DNA of 64,000 nucleotides, from positions 1-64,000 of the forward strand of contig PPNB01000018.1 of assembly GCA_003707115.1 (NCBI GenBank), read 5' to 3'. The DNA is from Tortispora ganteri (taxonomy: Eukaryota). This document shows positions 31,378 through 43,121 of this stretch, one piece after another. The position numbers were made by a program, and so were the translations under genes. Numbering within the stretch: the stretch's first letter is position 1; each line of letters starts with the position of its first letter. The notes beneath the pieces were generated by a model that was given only the letters and a program-made list of their open reading frames with translations, ran no database searches and had not been told where the DNA came from.

Positions 31378-32586
31378 ATGAAGAGCCGAAAGCCGTCTAT
31401 CAAGACGGAAAGTGTGGCGAAACCATCTGCGACAAACCCACTAGGGACTTTTAAGCAATATAAGGATAGTACGCGGGTGTCTGTACTAGATAAGTACGAA
31501 ATTGATGGATATATTGCCGCGGGAACGTATGGACGAGTATTCAAGGCACGTAGTAAGGACAATAACATTGAGGATGAATATGCTATTAAGAAATTTAAAA
31601 GCGAGAAGGAGAATGAAGTTCCACAATATTTTGGCATTTCACAGAGTGCATGCCGAGAGATGGCATTATGTAGAGAATTACATCACGAGAATCTGACAAA
31701 TTTAACAGAGATCATATTGGAAGACATGAGCATATATATGGTATTTGATTACGCGGAACATGATTTATTACAGATTATTCAATACAATTCATACACTTTA
31801 AGGATGCCTATCTCGGAAGGGATTATTATGTCTGTATTGTGGCAATTGTTGAATGGTGTATGCTACTTGCACGAGAATTGGGTTATGCATCGAGATTTGA
31901 AACCTGCAAATATTATGGTGACGTCGCGTGGGATAGTCAAGATCGGAGACCTTGGACTTGCTCGATTGTTCTATCGGCCACTTCAGCCGTTGTTTACCGC
32001 AGACAAGGTCGTCGTTACGATCTGGTACCGTGCGCCAGAGCTGCTACTGGGCGCGCGCCACTATACACCGGCAATCGATTTATGGGCGGTCGGATGCATC
32101 TACGCAGAACTGTTATCGCTGCGGCCAATTTTCAAGGGCGAGGAGATCAAAATGGACAATAAGAAGACAGTACCGTTTCAGCGTAACCAGATGCAGAAGA
32201 TCTTTGAAGTACTTGGGTCACCAATTGACGAGTGGCCTGAGGTAGCACAGTTCCCGGAGTTCCAGGCGATGCAGACACTCAAAACGTACCGGTCAAACCT
32301 GGATGGCTGGTATCGTAAAGCTGGAGGTACTAACATGCGCGGATACCAGTTGTTGGCGGCACTACTGAAATATAACCCAGACCAAAGGATCACTGCGTTA
32401 GATGCGTTGAATCACCGTTACTTCACAGAGGCTACGAACCTGAGTGGGAACGCCTTTGAAGGTCAAGATGTCATTTACCCATCAAGAAGGATAACAAATG
32501 ATGATACAGATATTAAAACGAATGCACCGCCAAAACGCAGTGGCGGATCGAGTGGATTTTATGCGCGCAAAAGGGCACGTAATTGA
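31378..32586 (+). CDS. SSN3: Mediator kinase Cdk8/Srb10
   Basis: [16 protein letters not shown] helix, [23 protein letters not shown]. Confidence 0.96.
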   Translation: MKSRKPSIKTESVAKPSATNPLGTFKQYKDSTRVSVLDKYEIDGYIAAGTYGRVFKARSKDNNIEDEYAIKKFKSEKENEVPQYFGISQSACREMALCRELHHENLTNLTEIILEDMSIYMVFDYAEHDLLQIIQYNSYTLRMPISEGIIMSVLWQLLNGVCYLHENWVMHRDLKPANIMVTSRGIVKIGDLGLARLFYRPLQPLFTADKVVVTIWYRAPELLLGARHYTPAIDLWAVGCIYAELLSLRPIFKGEEIKMDNKKTVPFQRNQMQKIFEVLGSPIDEWPEVAQFPEFQAMQTLKTYRSNLDGWYRKAGGTNMRGYQLLAALLKYNPDQRITALDALNHRYFTEATNLSGNAFEGQDVIYPSRRITNDDTDIKTNAPPKRSGGSSGFYARKRARN

Positions 32587-32689
32587 TAGTGGTGGGGAGA
32601 AGGCAGAAAAGGATAGGTTAACTCACCCGACGCTGCTTCCTTAGAGTTCGACAAGGCAGCCCAGCTAGCCAACCAGCTCACCACAATAA

Positions 32690-33277
<588 letters not shown>

Positions 33278-33304
33278 AGATTTCAGCCAAACTCGTTTAT
33301 ACAT

Positions 33305-33853
33305 TTAAGATATACCGCCACCAAGTACTTCGTCAATTATCGAACCATAACCTGCATACTGCGCTCGCGCTTCTGACTCGATAATACCTACTGCTGATTC
33401 GTTTAGCTCTTCTACGACAATGCCAGGATCGCCCCTGACTCTTGAGAACGGTGCAATCACGGCGTTTGCAGGAAGATTTGTGTCGTCTTCGATCACTACG
33501 CATTCCTTGATGATGCACAGCGGCCCGATCTTACAGTTTTTGCCTATATACACGCATGACCCTATTGAGGCTGCTTGAACGACTGAGTTTTCACCTATAA
33601 TTACATAACTGCCGAGTTTCAGCGGGAAATACTGTTTATGCCCATGACTTTCGCGTTCAGTCGGCGTTAACTCGCAACCCTCTCCTAGTATGCAGTACCG
33701 TCCCAGCACAATAGACTGTGCACCCTCATTCCTGTCGCCGTTGATAACACATTTTTGTCTAATTATGCATTTACCGCCTACTGAGATATATTTTTGACCT
33801 CGAATTATCGCTTCCCGCGAAATAACGTTCCCGGACGCGGTCGTTTGAGACAT
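33305..33853 (-). CDS. DCTN5: Dynactin subunit p25 (left-handed beta-helix)
   Basis: TASGNVISR...GGKCII...IVLGRYC...FPLKLGSYVIIGENSVVQAASIGSCVYIGKNC hexapeptide repeats. Confidence 0.88.
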   Translation of the reverse strand: MSQTTASGNVISREAIIRGQKYISVGGKCIIRQKCVINGDRNEGAQSIVLGRYCILGEGCELTPTERESHGHKQYFPLKLGSYVIIGENSVVQAASIGSCVYIGKNCKIGPLCIIKECVVIEDDTNLPANAVIAPFSRVRGDPGIVVEELNESAVGIIESEARAQYAGYGSIIDEVLGGGIS

Positions 33854-33970
33854 CCAGGCGAGTCGCTTTCTCTAATTCGCGCTAAACTCACCAGCGCTTC
33901 TTTCTTACCTACCCCCCCCTTCCCTTTCTCCCAACCTGCCTTCGCGCTTTTCACTATACGTGTTTCAAAC

Positions 33971-35253
33971 ATGTTTAAAATCACTTGCGGCTACCAAAAT
34001 TATGACTGGGGTACGTATTTTTTATTTATTTCATATTACTACGAGAATTTTCGTACTAACTGTTATGAGGTAAACGCGGTTCCGAAAGCTCTGTCGCCCG
34101 CTTTAAGCACGTAGATCCTGCTTTCGTCATCCAAGAGTCTGAACCCTATGCAGAGCTCTGGATGGGTACACATCCTAAAGTGCCCTCTATGGTAGATCCA
34201 GATACTACACTAATGCAGGTGCTCAATGATCACCCGGAATACTCGACCGCAGAAATCAATCGCGCATTCAACGCTCCGGTTCCGTTCCTCTTTAAAGTGC
34301 TCTCTATACGGAAGGCGCTCAGTATACAGGCGCACCCGGACAAACATCTGGCTGAGCAATTACATGCAGCCGACCCTAAAAATTACCCAGACGACAACCA
34401 CAAGCCAGAAATGGCTATTGCACTGACGCAGTTTGAAGGATTTTGTGGGTTCAGGCCGCTGGAACAGATCGCCGCCTTTTTAGACCACGTCCCACCGTTC
34501 AGAGACATTATCGGGATGTCAGGTGCAGAGCTGCTAGACACATCTGATGAGCGCGCACAGCTGAAACTGGCTTTCTCGCGATTAATGAATACTGCTGATG
34601 TGACTACCCAGACTAAGGAATTGGTCTCACTAGCGAAATCAGAAGCTCACAGTTTCGGACCCTTTGTGGATACGTCTTTTAAGGAACTTATAATACGGCT
34701 GAACGAGCAGTTCCCTAATGACGTGGGTCTATTTTGCGGGCCAATGTTTTTGAACTACGTTAAATTAAACCCCGGACAGGCTATGTTTTTGCAGGCGAAT
34801 GTGCCGCATGCGTATATTAGTGGTGATATTATTGAGTGCATGGCTGCGAGTGACAATGTCGTACGCGCTGGCTTTACACCGAAATTTAAAGATGTGCACA
34901 ATCTTGTCAATATGCTGACATACGAGATGGCACCAATAGACGATCAAATAATGAAAGAAGAACCGTTCGACCGGTGCACTGGTGACGGTAAAGTGAGCGT
35001 CTACGACCCGCCTATCTCGGAGTTCGCTGTACTTAAAGTCGAGGTTGCTGAGTCGCAGCAGACACATATCGAGCCGCTTGATGGTCCATCGATTTTCATC
35101 GTTACGCAAGGCTCAGGTGTAGTTTCAGCATCAGGCAACGATACCGTCGAAGTGTCTACCGGCGTTGTTGTATTCATCGCAGCAGGACTAGCCACAAGCG
35201 TAAAGTCATCATCAGAGAATCTGGTGCTATATAGAGCATACTGTGAGATCTGA
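33971..35253 (+). CDS. PMI40: Mannose-6-phosphate isomerase (2 exons)
   Basis: Exon 1 33971-34010, intron 34011-34069, exon 2 34070-35253. Splicing gives YDWGKRG...PYAELWMGTHP. Also LSIQAHPDK, NHKPE, SDNVVRAG. Confidence 0.96.
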
Positions 35254-35254
35254 T

Positions 35255-35905
35255 CTAAATGCTTTTCAGATACTTCTTTACTCTTCGTCTCAGATCACCT
35301 ACACTCTGCTGGTAAATATTTAATTTCTTGTCTCTGAACATCGCTTCGTAGTTGTTGCCATGTTTCTCTATGAGACGTTGAATCCATTCAATTTCTCTGT
35401 CTGACTGCCAACGCGGTTTAGTGATACTATTCTTTGCTTGTTCTTCAAGCGCGCGAATAACTGGTTTATCATCGAATCCAGTAAATTCATCGTTGTCATT
35501 AGCATTGTCATTATCGTTGTCATTATCACTGTCACTGTCGATCTTGTATGTACCATACTCTACGGTCACGGTACCATCCTCATGTCTGATGATCCGACCT
35601 GTTCCTGGTTTAGGAACATTAGTCGATTTTGATAAAATTTCCGGCTCATTCTCTTCCTCTGATGATGCCCATTCATCAGTCCTTTTTTTAGGCTTAAAAA
35701 CTTTTTCTACACCACCTGTTTGTTTGCCTAGTCGTGATTTAAGTCCAAGTCGTTGATAATTTTGTTCAAGAGTCTCATTTCGGTCCCAGTTCGCTGCAAT
35801 CAACGGATTACTTTTAATACTGACTTTTCTATGTTTACTTTTTTGTTTTCTTGATTGTTTTTTAATACTAGATCTGTTCTTTCGTTTCTGTCGAGGGTTC
35901 GCCAT
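35255..35905 (-). CDS. NOP16: Nucleolar 60S biogenesis protein Nop16
   Basis: MANPRQKRKNRSS, NWDRNETLEQNYQRLGL, LIEKHGNNYEAMFRDKKLNIYQQS. Internal DN dipeptide repeat. Confidence 0.93.
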   Translation of the reverse strand: MANPRQKRKNRSSIKKQSRKQKSKHRKVSIKSNPLIAANWDRNETLEQNYQRLGLKSRLGKQTGGVEKVFKPKKRTDEWASSEEENEPEILSKSTNVPKPGTGRIIRHEDGTVTVEYGTYKIDSDSDNDNDNDNANDNDEFTGFDDKPVIRALEEQAKNSITKPRWQSDREIEWIQRLIEKHGNNYEAMFRDKKLNIYQQSVGDLRRRVKKYLKSI

Positions 35906-36002
35906 ATTCGCAAATTTTTGTTATGTAAATGCTAAGTTTGAAACCTTATTGCATTACTACCATCTACCCATATAATATCAATACTTAAATATCATAGACT
36001 AT

Positions 36003-37937
36003 TCATATCTTCGTAGGCTCATAAACAACTCTTCCATATTTCTTTTCTCTTTCAGTACGCATACGTGCTAGAACTGCACCTTGATTTGCTAGGCTTCGTA
36101 GTTTCTTCTGTTTCTTCGTAGGCGTATTGCTTTCTCGTCCAAGACTGGTATGCATCTCATCTAATATCTTCTGCACTTCTTCCAATCCTTGCTTCGCCTG
36201 TCGCTCATCCATCTGCACAATCTGTACCTCCACTTCTCCCAAACCGTTCTGTATATAGGGTGCATTTAATTGCCGGTTCTTATGCATGAACCGCATCCGC
36301 ATATCGTACCCTTCTACTGGGAACTTCAGGCTTTTTAAATTTTTCTTAGAAATCTCCAATTCGTTCACATTTTCGTGCGTATCACCAAGTAAACTCCGTG
36401 GGATGAACCCTTTGACATCTGTCAGTTTTATGCTCTGTAACTTCTCGACAGCTTCGTTGTCCATCACTTCTACAAACACCGCTAATGACGAGTCTACCTG
36501 GTCCATTCGTTTCTTTCTTCGTGAATCCTCAAAATGCAGTCGGAAACTCTTGCCTGGATGTTTGCGAGAAATCATGTCAAAAAAGTCCCGCAGAATCTGC
36601 AGACTCGCCATGAACTCTGTCTCGGCTATAGCAGTGCTCTGACTGCCTCCATTGTACAGTAATGCGTCCATCGTCTCGAGTGGAACGTACTCAAATCCAA
36701 AAAATCGCTGTATGTTGTGGTAAGCGACAAATATACCATCCATGCGACCGACCCGTGCTTGTAGAGCGTATTTAAGCATCGTCGTCCGGATCATGTCGTG
36801 GAACTCGCGTTCAAACGACTCAAATTGACCATAAGTTTTTGTAATTTGATACCCTGACCCGAGTTCTTTCTGACTGTAAATCAGGTCGTGTCGCACGCTC
36901 ACACACGCGCGCGTCTTTAGGTCAAAAGTGCCTGTACCTGGCAGTCGCGGGTCGTAGCAATCGATCTGCGACCTCAGCAGAAAGTCCTTGTATTGAGAAT
37001 AGTGGTATGTATCGGGTTTGATCTCACTTCCACGCATTTGCGACTCAGATCCGCACATACGGTACTTCTCGAACTCGGCCGGTGTGCTGGTCAACAGTAG
37101 TTCCATGGTCTTGCCGAGATGTGTCAGTATATGTTCGTAGTCGTACGCCTTGCTAGCATCCAGGGCGTAGATACCACGATCTCCAAGTCGCAAGAATGCA
37201 ACCGCTGGTAATCGAGTCGAAAACGACGGTGTGTCATCTGGTTTGATATGATGTGACACTTGCCGAACATCGTACTTTTTTGTAGGGAACATCGCGTAGT
37301 GAAACTTACTCAATATACCTGTAATACTGCTGGAACTCGCAATAAATCGAGCCTTACACTTTTCAGCAATCGAAGACAAAGTCTTATCTCTAGATGTTAC
37401 CGTGTACGCCGGTATGGCACGGAAATCGAAATCCCCGACAGACATCACTTCGCCTAAATACGGGTCGAAGTTGTAGACATGAGACCGAGGATCTTGCAAG
37501 TAATGAACTCCAGGACTAAAAAGTGTACGATCAAGATTATGTGCAAGCCGTGGGAATGCACCTTGTACTATATCGACACCCTCATACTCGCTGATCCGTG
37601 GTTTCAGCGTAGCAGAGTATTGTAATTTCGCACCCCGTAGTAAAGACGTATAGAACCACGTATCTAAACGATCACGAGGACGTAAAAGAACTGGTTTAGC
37701 AATTGTAAGTATTGGTTTACTTCCATTGTTGCCATATTGTACGTTATATAGCGGATTAAACACTATAGGTTTCTTCATAGACAAACCAGGTTTCTTCATA
37801 GATGCTCCATTCTTAGATGATGCCACTCGTACTTCATATGCAGCGCGTAGTTTCGATGAAAGCTCTCGTTTAGATTTGAATGTCCGTAAAATCCGAAAGG
37901 GCAGTTGATTGGCTCTAAACTTGCAAGCGCAAATCAT
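36003..37937 (-). CDS. PET127: Mitochondrial 5'-3' RNA exonuclease Pet127
   Basis: LAHNLDRTLFSPGVHYLQDPRSHVYNFDPYL, RSQIDC, FDLKTRA, GRMDGIFVAYHN. Basic presequence-like N-terminus. Confidence 0.93.
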   Translation of the reverse strand: MICACKFRANQLPFRILRTFKSKRELSSKLRAAYEVRVASSKNGASMKKPGLSMKKPIVFNPLYNVQYGNNGSKPILTIAKPVLLRPRDRLDTWFYTSLLRGAKLQYSATLKPRISEYEGVDIVQGAFPRLAHNLDRTLFSPGVHYLQDPRSHVYNFDPYLGEVMSVGDFDFRAIPAYTVTSRDKTLSSIAEKCKARFIASSSSITGILSKFHYAMFPTKKYDVRQVSHHIKPDDTPSFSTRLPAVAFLRLGDRGIYALDASKAYDYEHILTHLGKTMELLLTSTPAEFEKYRMCGSESQMRGSEIKPDTYHYSQYKDFLLRSQIDCYDPRLPGTGTFDLKTRACVSVRHDLIYSQKELGSGYQITKTYGQFESFEREFHDMIRTTMLKYALQARVGRMDGIFVAYHNIQRFFGFEYVPLETMDALLYNGGSQSTAIAETEFMASLQILRDFFDMISRKHPGKSFRLHFEDSRRKKRMDQVDSSLAVFVEVMDNEAVEKLQSIKLTDVKGFIPRSLLGDTHENVNELEISKKNLKSLKFPVEGYDMRMRFMHKNRQLNAPYIQNGLGEVEVQIVQMDERQAKQGLEEVQKILDEMHTSLGRESNTPTKKQKKLRSLANQGAVLARMRTEREKKYGRVVYEPTKI

Positions 37938-38452
37938 TTGAGTGTTCCTTTTTTAAAAACAAACTGGTGTGCTGAAAGTTTGACTTCAATACTCTGATTG
38001 TTTCCCAAAAAGGTAAAATAGCGGTTCAGTTAGTTGACCTTACAAAAATTACACATTTTAATAGTTTTTACTTTATCGTAAAATAATATGTACCATATAG
38101 TACTTATATTTCTTATCTATGTTATTTCTATTGTGGTGAAAATGACAATAATATCAACACCAACTTTCAACATATAGGTTCACTCCTCGCTTTACCTATG
38201 AATGCACTTTACATCATCATTTCATTCCTCAAAGAATTCCGTACTGTCTAATTCAAAGACAAAAATCTCTAGTAAAAAAATCCTGCAAAGAAAACCATCA
38301 GTCTCGTAAATCATAACACTCTTTGATATAATCCTTTGAGTCGCCCGATTTCTTCTTTGGGTTTAATGCAAACCTTATTCTTTCAATTGGCTCCAAACAT
38401 GTAGATTTCATATTTAATCACATAACTGCCTTCTGTGTGCCTTACCGAATAA

Positions 38453-39205
38453 ATGTCAGATTCTATTATATCGGACCCACCTTCCAAAGTCAAGGGATGG
38501 CTTTGGATAAAAGATCACACTCCCATGCTGTTCAAAAAAACATGGAAACGCAGATGGGTAGAGTTCAACGCTAGCGATCCCGCTCCACTCGCCCTGAAGA
38601 TCTATAAAAGTCCAGATCTTACTTTCACTGCACCAATATATCAGTACAATGTAGACCAAATATTCTCTCTATCTATAGAGACCAGGAGCAATGGTACCAC
38701 CGACCAGGGTACATTAGTCATGAAGTATATGCCTTGTAGGGACGAATGTGGAAATATAGCTCAGGGTAAGCTCATCACTATACATATACAGTCTGATTAT
38801 TCAGTCATTCCACGCGGAAAGTTCATGCAGCTCCAGCAATCTCTTCAAAACAAAGATAAACTGTCTAAACAAACTTCGCATCTCTCAAATTCCAGTTATG
38901 TCGCCCTTCAGGCATGGCGTAGGTGTTTGCTCAAATTCATTCCAAACAGAGAACTAGCAAATAACCACAAATTACGTTCAAGAAGGAAAAGTAATATGCA
39001 AATACGCCACACGTATGTCGAACTGGAAAAACAACTTCAATTGCCTGGGTTCGACGATTTTCTTTTCTGCAGAGTAAGAAAACGTGCTGAACCAAAATCG
39101 TCGTCCAAAATCCTGCTGAATTTTAAAGTCCCCGATTATGCCACTGCAATATATGACTGCATGCCTGTCGAGGAACCTGTATCTCCAAAATCTGCACTCG
39201 TTTGA
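38453..39205 (+). CDS. Hypothetical protein with N-terminal PH-like domain
   Basis: 250-aa ATG ORF. KGWLWIK...KKTWKRRWVEF...LKIYKS resembles PH strands 1-3, with a late helix containing W (LQAWRRCL). Confidence 0.6.
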   Translation: MSDSIISDPPSKVKGWLWIKDHTPMLFKKTWKRRWVEFNASDPAPLALKIYKSPDLTFTAPIYQYNVDQIFSLSIETRSNGTTDQGTLVMKYMPCRDECGNIAQGKLITIHIQSDYSVIPRGKFMQLQQSLQNKDKLSKQTSHLSNSSYVALQAWRRCLLKFIPNRELANNHKLRSRRKSNMQIRHTYVELEKQLQLPGFDDFLFCRVRKRAEPKSSSKILLNFKVPDYATAIYDCMPVEEPVSPKSALV

Positions 39206-39257
39206 GTTTTGATCTGCCTGCCACAGTAAACCACTCTAAACACAATCAGCATTATCA

Positions 39258-42200
39258 TTAAACAACTTCGTAACCTGTTGCTCCCTTTACTTGTGTAACT
39301 TGAATAGCCGGCAGATCCCATCCAACACCACCAGTACCAATATTCGCGCCTAGTCGCGGAACAACCCAGCATATTCTCTTGTTACCTTCGATCTTCGGCG
39401 GATGTGGCCGAGTTAATGGTCGCGAATATGTCACTAATCCTGTGTTCTTCGATAAATGTGCTAATTGCGTACCGCTAGGTACGGTCATAGGAACAATACG
39501 CAATTTTCCAGAGCCAGCAGACTTTTTGATTAGCCGGTAGCAGATATACTCCGGTATACTGCTTTGAAACGCAAGAATAGCCTCTGGGTGCACAAACACA
39601 ACTTGGTCCTGAACAGAAATGCCGTCCATCTCGTAAGCAAGCGACTTCGTCGGAAGTAGTGTCACATAAGGCTGTGCACGCAATGTCTTTGCTTTATATG
39701 CAAACTCCTCAGGAACATCTAACACTAGATCAGATCTCGCTGCAATTTGATCTATGAAACCAATTGTAATGATTTGTTTCAAAGCTTTCACTTGTATGGC
39801 CGACGGAGGCGGCAACTTAGCAGTATCGGAAATAGTATAACGTCCACCGCTGTTTACATTTATAATTCGTGTAATTTGAGACCGCAAATTCTCAATTTCT
39901 TTCATTTCCCGAACCCGTAAAAACCGTACTTTGCAAAACTCTTCCTTAGACGTCTCATAATCGTAGGCACATACCGCCGAAAGTGTCATAAGAGCGTCGC
40001 ATTTCGGGTCTAGAGCCGCAAAAGCGGATCGCGATTTGTTATAAGAGCTTAGCAGCGTCTTTTTGGCTTCAATCTGCGCCAGGTCAGTACCGTTCTCATC
40101 GCTTACATCTTCTAAACGGTCAGCATCGACAAATTGACCAAGCACGTCTTGCTCAGAGAGGAAAATCTCGCCTACAGAGAAAGCAGCGACAAGCGCAATC
40201 ACATAAGGTAGGCAGCCGTGTTGGTTGCCGACGGTGATCATTCGTGAAAAACGCGGAGAAAGCGGGAACAGACTCATTACCTGTCCGACTTCCGTCAGCG
40301 AGCCTTTCTTGTCCAACGCAGACAAGTACGACAATGTTTTTTCTGCATGTTTAATGCTTTCGTAATCTGGAGGCGTAGGGAAAGGGAAATTGGCCACCTG
40401 ATCAATATTCATGCTTTTCATTTGCAGCACTACCCCTTCAATAGGAAGTCTCAGGATTTCTGGTTCGGCGAACTCGTCGAAATAGTTTTCATACACAGCC
40501 GAAGAATACAATCTGTAACAATGACCAGGCCCCACACGTCCAGCACGACCAGCTCTTTGGTTTGCACTAGCTTTGCTAATCCAATTGACCCTAAAACTTT
40601 GCACTCGTGTTTCTTTGTCATAACAAACCTCCTTGACACGTCCGGCATCAACGACGTACCTGATTCCAGGGATAGTTAAACTTGTTTCAGCAACATTCGT
40701 GGATATTATACATAATCGCGAACCGTCAGGGGGCTCTGTAAATATTCGCATCTGTTCAGTTGTAGGCAGCAGTGAATAAAGCGGCAGCACATGTAGTGGA
40801 GCTTCATTAGTTTCAGGCAAAGTCTCTTCAAAGCCTTCATCATCAGATTCGTAATCATCACGGTCATTATCATCAGCATCAGCAAGCGCATCTGAGTTAT
40901 AAGAACCACCTAAATCAATATCGTCTATTTCCAAGTCAGTATCTTTTGCGGAAACGCTCACAGGAGCGACATTTAGTTCAGTAGCATTGTTTGGCGATTT
41001 AAACGTAGATCGTAGCCGTCTGACCACCTGATTAATCTCCTGCTGACCAGTTAAAAACACCAAAATACCTCCTGGAGGCAAACGTCTGTGGATCTTGCAT
41101 ATCTTGGAGTACGCCTCTTCTATGTAATCACCAGGTGTTCTCTTATTGAAATGCACCGAGACAGGGAATTGTCGTCCATCGACTTTTATAATCGGCGGCG
41201 GTTTGGTAAACAGTCTCTTGTTTTCTGCAAAATCCTGCACACGTAATGTCGCAGACATAATAATAAGTCTCAATTTATGCTTAGATTCAGGGGCGTTTCG
41301 CAGCTTCAGCACTCTCGAGAGCATTCCTATGAGGATATCAGTATTTACATTTCTCTCATGAGCCTCGTCAATCACAATTACCGAGTACTTTGAGAGTAAA
41401 AGATCTTTTGCCATTTCACGCAAAAGTACACCGTCGGTCATGAACTTAACGGCAGTGTTAGAGTCTAGTTCTGAGTCAAACCTAACTTGGTATCCTACAA
41501 GTTTGCCACTGGATCCAAGCTCCTTTTTAACTCGTTCTGCCATGCTAATAGCAGCCACTCGTCTGGGCTGCGTCACACCAACCATACCAGGACACGGACC
41601 GTCGCGGTCAGAGAATCCGTATTCAACTAGAAACTGCGGGACCTGTGTAGTCTTTCCGCTTCCTGTATCGCCGCAGATGATCACTACACTGTGATGCAGC
41701 ACAGCTTCCATAATTCTATGTTCCTCGGCGTATATGGGGAGTGCAGCGCGTTGTTCCTGTATCTCTTCTGGACGTTCAATCAAGCGATACTTCGGATGCG
41801 AGTCTGTGAGGTCTGCATCTTTCAGGAGATCTTCGCCTGGAGCGTCAAAGTCTTCCGGGTGGTATGCTGGCTTGAAAGACTTTATAACACTTTCGGGGAG
41901 GTCGGCAGCAGTAATATTAGGTGTAGGTTCCAGACCTTGCACAGTAGTGATCTCGGATGTGGCCCAGTCCTTGAAAGAGGACACGTTCGAAGTCATTTCT
42001 TTTGTATCTGAATCGCTTGATCCTGAATCATTATCTTCCAATTCAGAACCTGATAATTCCAAATTTTCTGGTTCAGACTCGTCAGAAAAACCCGACCATG
42101 ATTCTCCAGACTCAGACTCAGAGGGATCTGAGTCTGAGGACTCGTTACTGGACGCATCGTTAGATTCGATATTATCTAATGTCTCGACTATTTGTGGCGC

Positions 42201-42818
42201 GTAGGTTAGCTTGGATCGCCATCCTGGAGCAAACTTCTCCTTTTTTGGTTTTTTAGCCACAGGCCACGCTGGAGTTTGTATGACAGGCGCTGCAGCCAAT
42301 TGTTCTGATCCTGGAACTTGCAGTGGTGGTTCAGGTTCGAGAGGTTCATAGAGCAGTTTTGCCATTTCCTCTGTAACTGTTCCGGTACGTTCCATATCGA
42401 GTGCATCCTGTAATTTTGATTTGCGTGTTTCCTTAGTACCCATCTGCTTGAAACTGGTCAGACCATCAGTGGGTATTGAGGTTTTCGCCAGCTTCTGGAG
42501 GATCAATTGTTTCTCTTCTTTTCGTAACTGCTGCTCTATGTATTTGTCAAGTCTCTTTTTCTTTTTTGTTGACATTTTTGACATTGGATCAACAAGTGCA
42601 CGCTTCATAGACTCTTTTCTTTTCAATTTCTCTTCTTTGCTAACAGGCATCATGATTTCTGCGTTGGGGTCAGTAGGTGCAGCTGGCTGCACCATCTCTG
42701 CTTCATCTGGTGCATTCTCTTTCAGTACACGATGAGTACGGGCCTTCTTCAGTGCTTGCTGCTTCGCTAGTGAACCGGCCCGCGCTTTGTCATTGTACCC
42801 TGACCGGTATTTCGCCAT
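39258..42818 (-). CDS. ECM16: DEAH-box helicase Dhr1 (SSU processome)
   Basis: MAKYRSGYNDKAR start at 42818, KKKKRLDKYIEQQLRKEE, GDTGSGKTTQVPQF, DEAH, QRAGRAGR. Confidence 0.95.
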   Translation of the reverse strand: MAKYRSGYNDKARAGSLAKQQALKKARTHRVLKENAPDEAEMVQPAAPTDPNAEIMMPVSKEEKLKRKESMKRALVDPMSKMSTKKKKRLDKYIEQQLRKEEKQLILQKLAKTSIPTDGLTSFKQMGTKETRKSKLQDALDMERTGTVTEEMAKLLYEPLEPEPPLQVPGSEQLAAAPVIQTPAWPVAKKPKKEKFAPGWRSKLTYAPQIVETLDNIESNDASSNESSDSDPSESESGESWSGFSDESEPENLELSGSELEDNDSGSSDSDTKEMTSNVSSFKDWATSEITTVQGLEPTPNITAADLPESVIKSFKPAYHPEDFDAPGEDLLKDADLTDSHPKYRLIERPEEIQEQRAALPIYAEEHRIMEAVLHHSVVIICGDTGSGKTTQVPQFLVEYGFSDRDGPCPGMVGVTQPRRVAAISMAERVKKELGSSGKLVGYQVRFDSELDSNTAVKFMTDGVLLREMAKDLLLSKYSVIVIDEAHERNVNTDILIGMLSRVLKLRNAPESKHKLRLIIMSATLRVQDFAENKRLFTKPPPIIKVDGRQFPVSVHFNKRTPGDYIEEAYSKICKIHRRLPPGGILVFLTGQQEINQVVRRLRSTFKSPNNATELNVAPVSVSAKDTDLEIDDIDLGGSYNSDALADADDNDRDDYESDDEGFEETLPETNEAPLHVLPLYSLLPTTEQMRIFTEPPDGSRLCIISTNVAETSLTIPGIRYVVDAGRVKEVCYDKETRVQSFRVNWISKASANQRAGRAGRVGPGHCYRLYSSAVYENYFDEFAEPEILRLPIEGVVLQMKSMNIDQVANFPFPTPPDYESIKHAEKTLSYLSALDKKGSLTEVGQVMSLFPLSPRFSRMITVGNQHGCLPYVIALVAAFSVGEIFLSEQDVLGQFVDADRLEDVSDENGTDLAQIEAKKTLLSSYNKSRSAFAALDPKCDALMTLSAVCAYDYETSKEEFCKVRFLRVREMKEIENLRSQITRIINVNSGGRYTISDTAKLPPPSAIQVKALKQIITIGFIDQIAARSDLVLDVPEEFAYKAKTLRAQPYVTLLPTKSLAYEMDGISVQDQVVFVHPEAILAFQSSIPEYICYRLIKKSAGSGKLRIVPMTVPSGTQLAHLSKNTGLVTYSRPLTRPHPPKIEGNKRICWVVPRLGANIGTGGVGWDLPAIQVTQVKGATGYEVV

Positions 42819-43049
42819 TTCTCGAGTTTGGTACCCAGCAAAAATTGATCCGTACGTACATACAAAATGGGAGTTACCCGGCTTTAACATGAGGGACACG
42901 GACGCAAAATGATCATGTAATAAATAACAATAAGCATATGATTTTTCACAATTGTAAGCGTTTTACGTGCTATTGCTCGTAATCTAGCGCTTAACAGAGC
43001 ATTTGTCCTAAACGGCGGGTATTGGTATCTGCAGTCAGTTAGCCTGACT

Positions 43050-43121
43050 TAACTAACGTAACTAACGTAACTAACGTAACTAACGTAACTAACGTAACTA
43101 ACGTACCTAACGTACATAACG
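43050..43121 (+). repeat. 9-bp minisatellite (TAACTAACG)x6 plus 2 degenerate copies
   Basis: Six perfect units at 43050-43103, then TACCTAACG and TACATAACG. Confidence 0.95.

Noticed and set aside
43050..43121. 9-bp array as a CRISPR or interstitial telomere
   Set aside because: No spacers and a eukaryotic context; the unit lacks the G-run typical of telomere repeats.
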